Of a stretch of DNA of 64,000 bases, positions 1 to 8,887 are shown in pieces (position 1 is the stretch's first letter; the number at the start of each line of letters is the position of its first letter). This DNA is from Candidatus Aphodoplasma sp. (GTDB lineage: Bacteria; Bacillota; Clostridia; UBA1381; UMGS1253): positions 956-64,955 of the forward strand of contig JAZUQZ010000026.1 of NCBI GenBank assembly GCA_045626925.1, given 5' to 3'. Under the pieces are notes generated by a model, which was not told where the DNA came from, ran no database searches, and saw only the letters and a program-made list of their open reading frames with translations. The position numbers and the translations under genes are program-made.

Positions 1-1121
1 AAATCATCAAGCATCAGCTTGTTGCAAATAAAACGCCCGGAACAGAGGACCTTTCTCCTTCGGTTATGACGGGCGATAACGGACTAACGCTTATAGAAAT
101 GGCACCTTATGGCGTAATAGGAAGTATAACACCTTCTACAAACCCGAGTGAAACAGTTATCTGTAACTCTATGGGTATGCTTGCAGGCGGTAATGCAGTT
201 GTGTTTAATCCGCACCCTAACGCATGCAAAACAGCAAATTACGCGGTTGACCTTATCAATCGTGCCGTAATGGAGGCCGGTGGTCCGGAAAATCTTGTTG
301 TATCGGTATATAATCCGACGATGGACACATCAAATGAAATGATGAAATCGCCTATAGTTCGTATGCTTGTTGCAACAGGTGGCCCCGGTGTTGTAAGAAC
401 GCTCTTGTCATCGGGCAAAAAAGCAATTGGTGCAGGTGCAGGAAATCCACCCGTTATTGTAGATGAAACAGCCGATGTTAAAAAGGCTGCACGCGATATA
501 GTTGCAGGAGCAAGCTTTGATAATAATTTGCCGTGCATAGCGGAGAAAGAGTGTTTTGCGGTAGATTGTATTGCAAATGAGCTTATTGCAGGCATGCAGG
601 ATGCGGGTGCATATTTGATTAAAGGTGACCAGATTGATGCATTGGTAAAGATTGCGCTTGTAGAAAAAGACGGCAAATATTCAATAAATAAAAAATGGGT
701 AGGCAAAGATGCAGGCAAATTTTTAGAAGCTATGGGTATAAAATCTGATGCACGATTGATTATTTGTGAAACTGATGCAATGCATCCATTTGTTCAGGTT
801 GAGATGATGATGCCTATTCTTGCAGTTGTTCGAGTAGCAAACATTGATGAAGCTATTGAAAAGGCAGTTGCAGCCGAGCATGGCAATCGTCACTCCGCAC
901 ATATTCATTCAAAGAATGTAGACAATCTTACAAAATTTGCGCGTGCAGTTGAAACGACAATCTTTGTAAAAAATGCACCGTCATATGCAGGCATTGGTGC
1001 AGGCGGCGAGGGTTATACAACCTTTACGATTGCTGGCCCTACAGGCGAAGGCCTTACGGCGGCACATTCTTTTACAAGACAGCGCCGTTGTGTAATGGTA
1101 GATGGACTTCATATTATTTAA
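1..1121 (+). CDS. CoA-acylating aldehyde dehydrogenase (EutE/PduP family), 5'-truncated by the window edge
   Basis: The reading frame is open from nt 3 (IIKHQLVANKTPGTEDL...), so the ATG at 66 is internal. It has the catalytic-Cys motif FDNNLPCIAEKE and GAGAGNPP. It sits directly upstream of BMC shell and PduL genes. Confidence 0.9.
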   Translation, partial: IIKHQLVANKTPGTEDLSPSVMTGDNGLTLIEMAPYGVIGSITPSTNPSETVICNSMGMLAGGNAVVFNPHPNACKTANYAVDLINRAVMEAGGPENLVVSVYNPTMDTSNEMMKSPIVRMLVATGGPGVVRTLLSSGKKAIGAGAGNPPVIVDETADVKKAARDIVAGASFDNNLPCIAEKECFAVDCIANELIAGMQDAGAYLIKGDQIDALVKIALVEKDGKYSINKKWVGKDAGKFLEAMGIKSDARLIICETDAMHPFVQVEMMMPILAVVRVANIDEAIEKAVAAEHGNRHSAHIHSKNVDNLTKFARAVETTIFVKNAPSYAGIGAGGEGYTTFTIAGPTGEGLTAAHSFTRQRRCVMVDGLHII

Positions 1122-1140
1122 TTAAAAAAAGGGGTATCTT

Positions 1141-1782
1141 ATGAACGCACTTGGATTACTTGAAGTATATAGCTTTACAACCGCTGTTTATGCAGCAGAT
1201 TTGATGTCGAAAACTGCAGATGTCAGGGTTATAGCTTTTGACAGAAATAGACCTAAAAGCGCAGATGCACCGGCACCGCTTGTAATGGTGATAAAAATTG
1301 AGGGTGAAAATGCAGCCGTAAAAGCAGCCATTGATGCAGGCAAGCAGTATGCTAAAAGCGAGGGCAAATACATTGTATCACACATCATTCCGCGACCGGG
1401 CGAAGATGTTGAGAAAATGGCGTATCTGTTGGATATCAATAAGGATAAATACAACAAAAAATTGCCAAAGACATTTTTGAATGCCGAAATCGAATTGCCA
1501 AAGACAGATTTTGCGATTGGTTTGTTGGAAATTTCCGGACTTGTTGCATCGATTACAGGACTTGATTCGATGCTTAAAGCAGCAAATGTGAGACTTATTC
1601 ATTCGGAAAAGCGCCTTGGAGGACGATTGGTAACACTTATTATAAAGGGAAGTGTTTCTGCGGTAACTGCAGCGATTGAGGCGGGAGAAGAAGATGCAAA
1701 ACCACTCGGCGAAATGTATGGAAAGGCAGTGATTGCTAATCCGCACGGCGAAATTATGAAGTTCTTTGATTTTGAAAACTAA
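1141..1782 (+). CDS. Tandem-domain BMC shell protein (BMC-T, non-permuted, PduT-like architecture)
   Basis: Two BMC-domain repeats are present (ALGLLEVYSFTTAVYAADLMSKTADV... and AIGLLEISGLVASITGLDSMLKAANV...). The RBS is aaGGGG upstream of the ATG. The translation contains no Cys. Confidence 0.85.
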   Translation: MNALGLLEVYSFTTAVYAADLMSKTADVRVIAFDRNRPKSADAPAPLVMVIKIEGENAAVKAAIDAGKQYAKSEGKYIVSHIIPRPGEDVEKMAYLLDINKDKYNKKLPKTFLNAEIELPKTDFAIGLLEISGLVASITGLDSMLKAANVRLIHSEKRLGGRLVTLIIKGSVSAVTAAIEAGEEDAKPLGEMYGKAVIANPHGEIMKFFDFEN

Positions 1783-1806
1783 TAAATCGTTTTGAGGGTG
1801 ACAAAA

Positions 1807-2460
1807 ATGTACGATATAAATATGATTGAAAATGCAGTAAAAAAAGCTGTGGAAGAAATGAATACAAAGATTGAAAACGCAAAAAGCGATGATTTTGTAA
1901 AGGTTGGCGTTTCGCAAAGACATATTCATCTTTCACGAGAGGATTTGGATATTCTTTTTGGAAAAGGATACGAATTAACGCCAAAAAAATACCTTATGGG
2001 CAGAGAGTTTGCATCTGATGAGGTGGTTACACTTGTTGGTCCGTCGCTAAAATCAATCGAAAAAGTGCGTGTACTTGGACCGATACGCAAAAATACCCAG
2101 GTTGAAATATCAAGAACAGACACTTTCATATTAAAAGTAAGCCCACCTGTTCGCCCGTCAGGCGAGATAAAAGGCTCTGAAAAGCTGGTTATAGTTGGGC
2201 CAAAGGGTTGTGTATATTTAAAAGAGGGTGTAATAATTGCAAACAGACACATACATCTCACACCCGAATTTGCACAGTCGCTAAATCTTTCTGACAATGA
2301 TTATGTCGATGTTATAATTGATGGCATAAAGCCGACAAAGTTTGTTGATGTACAAATTCGTGTCCGCGACGACTTTAATGTTGAGATGCATATTGATACA
2401 GATGATGCAAATTCATCAGGACTCAAAAACGGAGATATCGTACACATAATTACGAAATAA
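1807..2460 (+). CDS. pduL: Phosphate propanoyl/acyl-transferase PduL
   Basis: The duplicated PduL repeat is present (VGVSQRHIHLS... and IIANRHIHLTPE...), plus HIDTDDAN. I prefer the ATG at 1807, which follows a GAGGGTG RBS, over the TTG at 1792. Confidence 0.9.
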   Translation: MYDINMIENAVKKAVEEMNTKIENAKSDDFVKVGVSQRHIHLSREDLDILFGKGYELTPKKYLMGREFASDEVVTLVGPSLKSIEKVRVLGPIRKNTQVEISRTDTFILKVSPPVRPSGEIKGSEKLVIVGPKGCVYLKEGVIIANRHIHLTPEFAQSLNLSDNDYVDVIIDGIKPTKFVDVQIRVRDDFNVEMHIDTDDANSSGLKNGDIVHIITK

Positions 2461-2494
2461 ATTTAATTTATATAAAGCATTAGGAGGAATTGTT

Positions 2495-3439
2495 ATGTTA
2501 GTAAATATGAATGAAGTTTTAAGACCTGCAAAGAAAAACAAATATGCAGTTGGTCTGTTTAATGCAGTAAATCTTGAGCTTGCACGCGGAATTATTGCCG
2601 CTGCAGAGTCGACTCGTTCGCCGGTTATCATGGGCACTGCAGAGGTTTTGTTACCATATGGTCCGCTTGATGAAGTGTCGTATTACCTTATTCCGATGGC
2701 AAAAAAGGCATCTGTACCTGTTGTTGTACATCTTGACCATGGTCTTACATATGATACATGTATAAAGGCGTTGGAGCTTGGTTTTAGCTCAGTTATGTAT
2801 GACTGCTCAACGGACTCATATGAAGAAAATGTGCGCAAGGTAAAAGAAATGGCAGATATTGCTCATTCATATGGTGCGACAATCGAGGGCGAGCTTGGAC
2901 ATGTTGGTGACAACGAAGGCTCTGCCGAGGGTAGCTCACATCTTGCAGACCCATCAAAATTCTTTACAGACCCAAAACTTGCAAAGGATTTTGTTGATAA
3001 GACGGGTGTTGATGCACTTGCAATTGCAGTTGGTAATGCACACGGTGCATACAAGCTTCCTCCAAAGCTTGATTTTGAGAGAATTCGTACAATTGCAAAC
3101 ACTGTTGATGTGCCACTTGTATTGCATGGTGGTTCGGGTCTTACAGATAACGATTTTAGAGAAGCAATTAAAGAGGGTATAAGCAAGGTTAATATCTTTA
3201 CTGATATAAATGTTGCAGCAGTAGAAGCAGAATTTAAAAAATTCCAGAGCATGGAAAAGGGTTTAATCGACCTTATTCCTGCAGCAGTAGAAGCTGTTAA
3301 ACAGGAGAGCATGAAGAAGATGAAGCTCTTCAGCAGCGATGGCAAGGCTGACATGGGAAGCAACACACTTACACCATCAAACATTGAAATGATTACAAGA
3401 CTTGTTGCACAAGAGCTTGCAAAAATGAATAAACAATAA
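2495..3439 (+). CDS. Class II ketose/fructose-bisphosphate aldolase family protein (Fba/GatY/KbaY-like) with a C-terminal extension
   Basis: Motifs YAVGLFNAVNLE, VVVHLDHG, EGELGHVG and VLHGGSG are present. A strong AGGAGG RBS precedes the start. The protein is about 30 aa longer at the C-terminus than typical family members. Confidence 0.85.
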   Translation: MLVNMNEVLRPAKKNKYAVGLFNAVNLELARGIIAAAESTRSPVIMGTAEVLLPYGPLDEVSYYLIPMAKKASVPVVVHLDHGLTYDTCIKALELGFSSVMYDCSTDSYEENVRKVKEMADIAHSYGATIEGELGHVGDNEGSAEGSSHLADPSKFFTDPKLAKDFVDKTGVDALAIAVGNAHGAYKLPPKLDFERIRTIANTVDVPLVLHGGSGLTDNDFREAIKEGISKVNIFTDINVAAVEAEFKKFQSMEKGLIDLIPAAVEAVKQESMKKMKLFSSDGKADMGSNTLTPSNIEMITRLVAQELAKMNKQ

Positions 3440-3443
3440 GAGT

Positions 3444-3490
3444 GAGAAGAAATGTGTTTTTAAAATAAAAATACATTTCTTTTCTTTTTG
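3444..3490 (+). terminator. Rho-independent terminator after the aldolase gene
   Basis: The stem is GAGAAGAAATGT...ACATTTCTTTTC with one mismatch, followed by a T-run. Confidence 0.6.
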
Positions 3491-3516
3491 AATTATTTAT
3501 TATATGTTAGTATAAT
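3488..3516 (+). promoter_or_regulatory. Sigma-A-type promoter (TTGAAT-17 nt-TATAAT)
   Basis: The -35 TTGAAT is at 3488-3493 and the -10 TATAAT at 3511-3516, with an exact 17-nt spacer. Confidence 0.4.
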
Positions 3517-3573
3517 AAGTTGATATTAGATGATAATTTGTATATAAAATCTATGTGATTTAGGGGGAGTTTT

Positions 3574-3630
3574 ATGCAAAAAATTACCGATTTCATTAGA
3601 TATAGACGACTTTGCGCCTGTGTATTATAA
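3574..3630 (+). CDS. Candidate 18-codon micro-ORF (MQKITDFIRYRRLCACVL)
   Basis: The ATG is preceded by GGGGGAG with a rather short 4-nt spacer, and lies about 50 nt downstream of the predicted promoter. I recognise no homology. Confidence 0.25.
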   Translation: MQKITDFIRYRRLCACVL

Positions 3631-3704
3631 TTACTATTTTGTAGAGCTTATAGAATAAAAACACAGATAATATAAACATTTAAGAGAAAAAATGTAAAAA
3701 TGTA

Positions 3705-3733
3705 TTGCAATATCCATTTTAGTGTGTTATAAT
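3705..3733 (+). promoter_or_regulatory. Sigma-A promoter of the rimP-nusA-infB operon (TTGCAA-17 nt-TGtTATAAT)
   Basis: The -35 TTGCAA is at 3705-3710 and an extended -10 TGTTATAAT ends at 3733, with a 17-nt spacer. Confidence 0.55.
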
Positions 3734-3764
3734 ACACATAGATTGTAATTGATAACGAGTGCTG

Positions 3765-3800
3765 AAAGAGTGGGACATACGCCCACTCTTTCGTATTTGT
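3765..3800 (+). terminator. Leader hairpin / weak intrinsic terminator (attenuator) upstream of rimP
   Basis: The stem AAAGAGTGGG-acatacg-CCCACTCTTT is followed by an interrupted T tract (cgtATTTGT). A second hairpin, TTTGTATA...TATACAAA, lies at 3796-3820. Confidence 0.45.
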
Positions 3801-3846
3801 ATAGCGCTTGTTTATACAAATAAAAGCAATCAGATTGGAGAATTAT

Positions 3847-4308
3847 ATGTCAAAAATAGAAAAGCTTGTGTTTGACCTTGCAGCGCCGAATGCCGAGCAG
3901 ATTGGGTGTGAGGTTATTGAGGTGGAGTATAAAAAAGAGGGAAGCGACTATTTTTTAAGAGTATATATCGACAAAGAAACGGAGAGCGTCGGTATTAACG
4001 ATTGTGAATATGTGTCGCGCGCACTTGAAAGTGAAATTGATAAACTTGACCCGATTAAAGAGGCATATTTTCTTGAGGTTTGCTCGCCGGGCATTGACAG
4101 AGCGCTAAAACGCGACAAAGATTTTGTGCGCTTTATGGAAAGCGAAGTCGATGTAAAGCTTTTTGCACCACGCGACAATAAAAAAGAGTTTTGCGGCGTG
4201 CTTAAAGCGTATGACGGCACAAATGTTACAATAGAGCTTGAAGATAAGAGCGAGCTTGTGTTTGATAAAAATGATGCAGCGTATATAAAGCTTGCAGTAA
4301 GATTTTAA
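3847..4308 (+). CDS. rimP: Ribosome maturation factor RimP
   Basis: The sequence is RimP-like (FLRVYIDKE...GINDCEYVSRALE...LEVCSPGIDRAL). The ATG at 3847 follows a GGAG RBS. It sits immediately upstream of nusA. Confidence 0.9.
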   Translation: MSKIEKLVFDLAAPNAEQIGCEVIEVEYKKEGSDYFLRVYIDKETESVGINDCEYVSRALESEIDKLDPIKEAYFLEVCSPGIDRALKRDKDFVRFMESEVDVKLFAPRDNKKEFCGVLKAYDGTNVTIELEDKSELVFDKNDAAYIKLAVRF

Positions 4309-4361
4309 TTAAAAAAATAATTATTTTATCTATATTGTTTAGAAAGGGATGGTTATAAAAA

Positions 4362-5429
4362 ATGAAAAAGAAAGCTAGTAAAGTAAATAATAATGAGGAG
4401 CTTATTTTAGCACTTGACGCATTGTGCAAAGAAAAGCAAATCGGCAAGGAAGTATTGGTTGAGGCTCTTACAGTAGCACTTGTATCAGCGTACAAGAAAA
4501 ATTTTAATTCGTCACAAAATGTTGCTGTAAACTTTAATGACCAAACGGGCGAAATTAAGGTATATGCTCAAAAAGAGGTTGTTGGTGATGTTGAAAACAA
4601 TCTTGAACAGATTAGCCTTGATGATGCACGCAAAATCGATGCAATATACAACATTGGCGATATTGTAAACATCGAGGTAACACCTGCTAATTTTGGACGA
4701 ATTGCTGCACAGACTGCAAAGCAGGTTGTAATGCAACGCATACGCGAGGCAGAGCGTGGCATAATACTCAACGAGTATTCAGACAAAGAAAATGACATCA
4801 TAACAGGCGTAATTCAAAGAAAAGAAAACGGCAAGGTGTTTTTAGAGGTTTCAAATACAGAGGCGCTTTTGAACCAGACGGAGCAAATTCCAAACGAGGA
4901 GTATCCTGTTCATGCAAGAGTGAAAGTGTATGTGCTAAAGGTTGAAAGTGGTTCAAAAGGCGTTCAAATCCTTGTATCACGCGCACATTCGGGACTTGTA
5001 AAGAAGCTTTTCGAAAGCGAAGTGCCGGAAATTGCACAGGGTATAGTTGAAATTAAGGGTATTTGTCGTGAGGCAGGTTCAAGAACAAAGATAGCCGTTT
5101 ATTCAAATGATGAAAATGTTGACGCTCAGGGTGCGTGCATAGGCGCCCAAGGACGCAGAGTGCAGATTATCAGCGATGAAATTGGTGGCGAAAAAATTGA
5201 TATTATTAAGTGGAGCGCCGACCCTGCACAGTATATTGCAGCAAGTCTTAGTCCGTCGAGCGTTGTAAGTGTTGATGTAGATGAACAGAGCAAATCAGCG
5301 CGCGTTATCGTGCCGGATTCGCAGCTTTCTCTTGCAATTGGTAAGGCAGGACAAAATGCGCGCCTTGCAGCAAAGCTTACAGGATGGAAGATAGACATCA
5401 AAAGCGAATCTGCTGCACAAGAAGCCTAA
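4362..5429 (+). CDS. nusA: Transcription termination/antitermination factor NusA
   Basis: The S1 and KH regions are recognisable (GDIVNIEV..., GACIGAQGRRVQ, LAIGKAGQNARLAAKLTGWKIDI). The operon context is canonical. Confidence 0.97.
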   Translation: MKKKASKVNNNEELILALDALCKEKQIGKEVLVEALTVALVSAYKKNFNSSQNVAVNFNDQTGEIKVYAQKEVVGDVENNLEQISLDDARKIDAIYNIGDIVNIEVTPANFGRIAAQTAKQVVMQRIREAERGIILNEYSDKENDIITGVIQRKENGKVFLEVSNTEALLNQTEQIPNEEYPVHARVKVYVLKVESGSKGVQILVSRAHSGLVKKLFESEVPEIAQGIVEIKGICREAGSRTKIAVYSNDENVDAQGACIGAQGRRVQIISDEIGGEKIDIIKWSADPAQYIAASLSPSSVVSVDVDEQSKSARVIVPDSQLSLAIGKAGQNARLAAKLTGWKIDIKSESAAQEA

Positions 5430-5458
5430 ACTATAAAACAAATTGCAGGTGTGTAATT

Positions 5459-5725
5459 ATGAGCGTAAAAAACAGTCCTGAAAGAATGTGTGTTGCATGC
5501 AGAAAACACGGCCAAAAAAGTGATTTTGTGCGTGTTGTACGCACAAAAGATGGTGTAATATGCATTGATACAACAACAAAGGCAGAAGGACGCGGTGCGT
5601 ATATATGCGCAAGTGAGGAATGCATTGACCTTGCAGAAAAGAAAAACGCATTTTCGCGTGCATACAAAGAAAATGTCGATAAAAAAATATACGATGAGTT
5701 GCGAAAAATATCAGATAAAACATAA
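5459..5725 (+). CDS. rnpM: YlxR/RnpM family (DUF448) RNA-binding protein
   Basis: The PERMCVACR...GRGAYIC motif is present and the position after nusA is conserved. The longer ORF from 5384 overlaps nusA and I did not use it. Confidence 0.9.
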   Translation: MSVKNSPERMCVACRKHGQKSDFVRVVRTKDGVICIDTTTKAEGRGAYICASEECIDLAEKKNAFSRAYKENVDKKIYDELRKISDKT

Positions 5726-5742
5726 GATAAGAGGGGTTTGTT

Positions 5743-6078
5743 ATGGCAACTGACAGAATATTATCGATGATAGGCCTTGCAATGCGAGCAGGAGAGGCAC
5801 AAACCGGTGCATTTTTAGCAGAAAGGTCAATCCGCGAGGGTAGCTGTGAGCTTATAATTCTTGCATCGGACACAGCGATGAATAACAAAAAAAAGTTTGT
5901 TAATTCAAGCAAGTATTATAATATTCCAATGATAGAATATAGCACAAAAGAAGAGCTTTCCCGTGCTCTTGGAAAAGAAAATGTCGTAGTGGTAGGAATA
6001 TCCGACAAAAACTTTGCAAAAGGTATTATTGGCAAATATAACGATTATTGTGAGGCATTAAAACAGATAAAAAAATAA
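5743..6078 (+). CDS. ylxQ: L7Ae-family ribosome-associated protein YlxQ
   Basis: The sequence LAMRAGEAQTGAF...ELIILASD and the conserved position between ylxR and infB support the call. Confidence 0.85.
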   Translation: MATDRILSMIGLAMRAGEAQTGAFLAERSIREGSCELIILASDTAMNNKKKFVNSSKYYNIPMIEYSTKEELSRALGKENVVVVGISDKNFAKGIIGKYNDYCEALKQIKK

Positions 6079-6164
6079 AGTTTATATTGGACCAAAGTCC
6101 ATAAAACACGGTAAGAAACAGATTATTACGATTTATAAGCCTATCGGCAGAACGGAGGTCATAT

Positions 6165-8510
6165 ATGTTACAAAAAATACGAGTACATGAAGTAGCAAAA
6201 GACTTAAAACTTAAAAGTACAGAGTTGCTGGAAATGTTTGAGCAGCATGGTATAACTCTAAAAAATCATATGGCAACGCTTGACGAAAAGCAGCTTAGTC
6301 TTATTTTCGAGGTGTATACACAAAAATATCAACTTCCTGAAGAGAATGTTGACATGTCTATTTTTGGCGATTTAATTAAGGAAGAGGAGCCTGTAGCAGC
6401 AGTAGAAGAAAAAGCGGAAGAAACAGAAAAAGCAGAAAAAACTCAAAAAACATCTACTGCTAAAACAAAGCCGGACGCAAAAAGCGAGAAGAAGACGGAA
6501 GATGGTGAGCAAAACGCGCCGAAAACCGAGTCAAATGTGCGCAAAATGCGTCATGTTGATACGCGCCAAACGGTTGTAGACCTTGAAAAACTTGATACAG
6601 AGCGTATAGAGGCAGAACTTGTGCCTGAAAATATTAGAGAACACCAAGGTCCAAAAAAGCAAAAAATTAAAAAGCAACCACAACGCCAACAAGACCGCCA
6701 GACTTCGTTTAAAAAGCAGATGGAGACGGTAAAACGCGAAAAGCCAAAGCCACAACCTATTGTTGTAAGCATACCGGACGAAATTTCGGTTGGTGAACTT
6801 GCAAACCGTATGAAAAAAACAGCATCGGAGATAATAAAACAGCTTATGCTTTTGGGTGTAATGGCGTCTGTAAGTCAGTTTATTGACTTTGATACTGCTG
6901 CGCTTGTTGCGGACGAACTTGGGGCAAAGGTTGAGCATGAAATTGTTCTTTCTGATGAGGATATATTGTTAAAAGAGTTTGAAGAGGAAGATAAGGCAGA
7001 AGACCTTGAGCCACGCTCACCGGTAGTAGTTGTAATGGGCCATGTTGACCATGGCAAGACATCGCTTCTTGATGCTATTCGCGAAACTCATGTTGCCAGT
7101 GGCGAGGCAGGTGGTATTACGCAGCATATTGGTGCGTATCGTGTTCGTATAAATGATAGAGATATTACATTCCTTGATACACCGGGACACGAAGCATTTA
7201 CAGCTATGCGTGCGCGCGGTGCCCAGGTAACTGATATAGCGATTTTGGTTGTTGCGGCTGATGATGGTATTATGCCACAGACAATTGAGGCAATTAACCA
7301 TGCCAAAGCTGCTGAAGTAAGCATTATTGTTGCTATTAACAAAATTGATAAAGAGGGCGCAAATCCTGACAGAGTAAAGCAGGAAATGACTGAATATGGC
7401 ATTGTGCCTGAAGAATGGGGCGGCGATACGATATTTGTTGAGGTTTCTGCAAAACAGAGAACGAATATCGATGGCCTTTTGGAGATGGTCCTTTTAACAG
7501 CAGATGTTCAGGAACTTACCGCAAATCCAAATCGTCATGCAAAGGGTACTGTAATCGAAGCGCGTCTTGACCGTACACGCGGACCGATTGCGACGGTGCT
7601 TGTGCAAAATGGTACACTAAAAACAGGCGATATAATTGTTGCGGGCACTGCTACAGGCAAGGTGCGTGCAATGGTTGATGACAGAGGCAATACAGTAAAA
7701 ACTGCAGGCCCGTCTGTTCCTGTTGAGATATTGGGACTTTCAGAAGCACCTGATGGCGGCGATATATTTTATGCAGTTGAAGACGAAAAGAGAGCAAGAG
7801 CCGTTGTTGAAGCGCGTAAATTCAATCAAAAAGAAGAACATTTTAATGCAAGAAAGATTATATCGCTTGATAATTTGTTTGACCAAATCCACGAAGGCGA
7901 GGTCAAGGAGCTTAAGATTATTGTAAAAGCAGATGTGCAGGGTTCTGTTGAAGCGGTTCGTCAATCACTTGAAAAATTATCAAATGAAGAAGTAAGGGTA
8001 AAAACGATCCACGGCGGTGTAGGTGCAGTAAATGAAACTGATGTAATGCTTGCATCTGCATCAAATGCAATTATTGTTGGCTTTAATGTCAGACCTGATA
8101 CAGTTGCACGCGGTGCATATGAGCGTGGAGATGTTGATATAAGACTTTATCGCGTAATCTATGATGCAATAGAAGAAATTGAAGCTGCGATGAAGGGTAT
8201 GCTTGAGCCGAAGTATAAAGAGGCTATATTAGGTCATGCAGAGGTTCGTCAGACATTTAAGGTGTCGGGCGTAGGCACAATTGCGGGTGGATATGTTATC
8301 GATGGTAAAATTGCCCGCAATGCACAGGTGCGTGTTGTTCGCGATGGTATAGTATTCCATGAGGGTGTTCTTAATAGTCTAAAACGCTTCAAGGATGATG
8401 CAAAAGAGGTTATGAGTGGATACGAATGTGGTATCGGCATTGAAAAGTTTAACGACATTAAAGATGGCGATATAATTGAGTGCTTTATAATGGAGGAAAT
8501 TAAGCAATAA
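6165..8510 (+). CDS. infB: Translation initiation factor IF-2
   Basis: GTPase motifs are present ([26 protein letters not shown]), with a K/E-rich N-terminus. Confidence 0.97.
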   Translation: MLQKIRVHEVAKDLKLKSTELLEMFEQHGITLKNHMATLDEKQLSLIFEVYTQKYQLPEENVDMSIFGDLIKEEEPVAAVEEKAEETEKAEKTQKTSTAKTKPDAKSEKKTEDGEQNAPKTESNVRKMRHVDTRQTVVDLEKLDTERIEAELVPENIREHQGPKKQKIKKQPQRQQDRQTSFKKQMETVKREKPKPQPIVVSIPDEISVGELANRMKKTASEIIKQLMLLGVMASVSQFIDFDTAALVADELGAKVEHEIVLSDEDILLKEFEEEDKAEDLEPRSPVVVVMGHVDHGKTSLLDAIRETHVASGEAGGITQHIGAYRVRINDRDITFLDTPGHEAFTAMRARGAQVTDIAILVVAADDGIMPQTIEAINHAKAAEVSIIVAINKIDKEGANPDRVKQEMTEYGIVPEEWGGDTIFVEVSAKQRTNIDGLLEMVLLTADVQELTANPNRHAKGTVIEARLDRTRGPIATVLVQNGTLKTGDIIVAGTATGKVRAMVDDRGNTVKTAGPSVPVEILGLSEAPDGGDIFYAVEDEKRARAVVEARKFNQKEEHFNARKIISLDNLFDQIHEGEVKELKIIVKADVQGSVEAVRQSLEKLSNEEVRVKTIHGGVGAVNETDVMLASASNAIIVGFNVRPDTVARGAYERGDVDIRLYRVIYDAIEEIEAAMKGMLEPKYKEAILGHAEVRQTFKVSGVGTIAGGYVIDGKIARNAQVRVVRDGIVFHEGVLNSLKRFKDDAKEVMSGYECGIGIEKFNDIKDGDIIECFIMEEIKQ

Positions 8511-8536
8511 TCCTTCATAGCAGAATGGAGAGTAAT

Positions 8537-8887
8537 ATGGCACAAAACAGAATCAATAAAATAAATGAACAACTTATGCGTTGTATAAGCGAGATTATAC
8601 GCGAATTGAAAGATTCGCGTATACCGCTTATGACGAGTGTGGTATATGTATCGGCTACGAGCGATTTGCGTTATGCCAAAGTGCGCGTAAGTGTAATGGG
8701 CGACGACAATGTAAAGAAAAAGGCGCTTGAAGGGCTTAATGCAGCAGCGGGATATGTGCGTCGAGAGGTTGGCAGGCGTATGGAGATACGCTATACACCC
8801 GAGCTTATTTTTGAGCTTGATTCATCGATTGAATACGGAGCTAATATAAATAAAATATTACACGAGGTTATAAAAGATGAACAATAG
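8537..8887 (+). CDS. rbfA: Ribosome-binding factor A
   Basis: The sequence is RbfA-like (RINKINEQLMRCISEII...ELIFELD). The ATG at 8537 has a GGAGAG RBS. An alternative ATG lies at 8525. Confidence 0.9.
   Translation: MAQNRINKINEQLMRCISEIIRELKDSRIPLMTSVVYVSATSDLRYAKVRVSVMGDDNVKKKALEGLNAAAGYVRREVGRRMEIRYTPELIFELDSSIEYGANINKILHEVIKDEQ

Noticed and set aside
5384-5458. N-terminal extensions offered by the ORF track for ylxR (5384), the DUF2344 gene (27844), scpA (33473), the VOC gene (28544), the PHP gene (21129) and rimP (3808).
   Set aside because: Each extension overlaps the preceding gene or AT-rich spacer and lacks an SD. An internal start with a good SD gives a protein beginning where the family normally begins.
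6380-6760. A purine-rich, quasi-repetitive stretch (GAAGAAAAAGC..., K/E/Q-rich translation) lies inside infB.
   Set aside because: This is the typical low-complexity N-terminal region of IF-2. It is not a repeat element or a CRISPR-like array.
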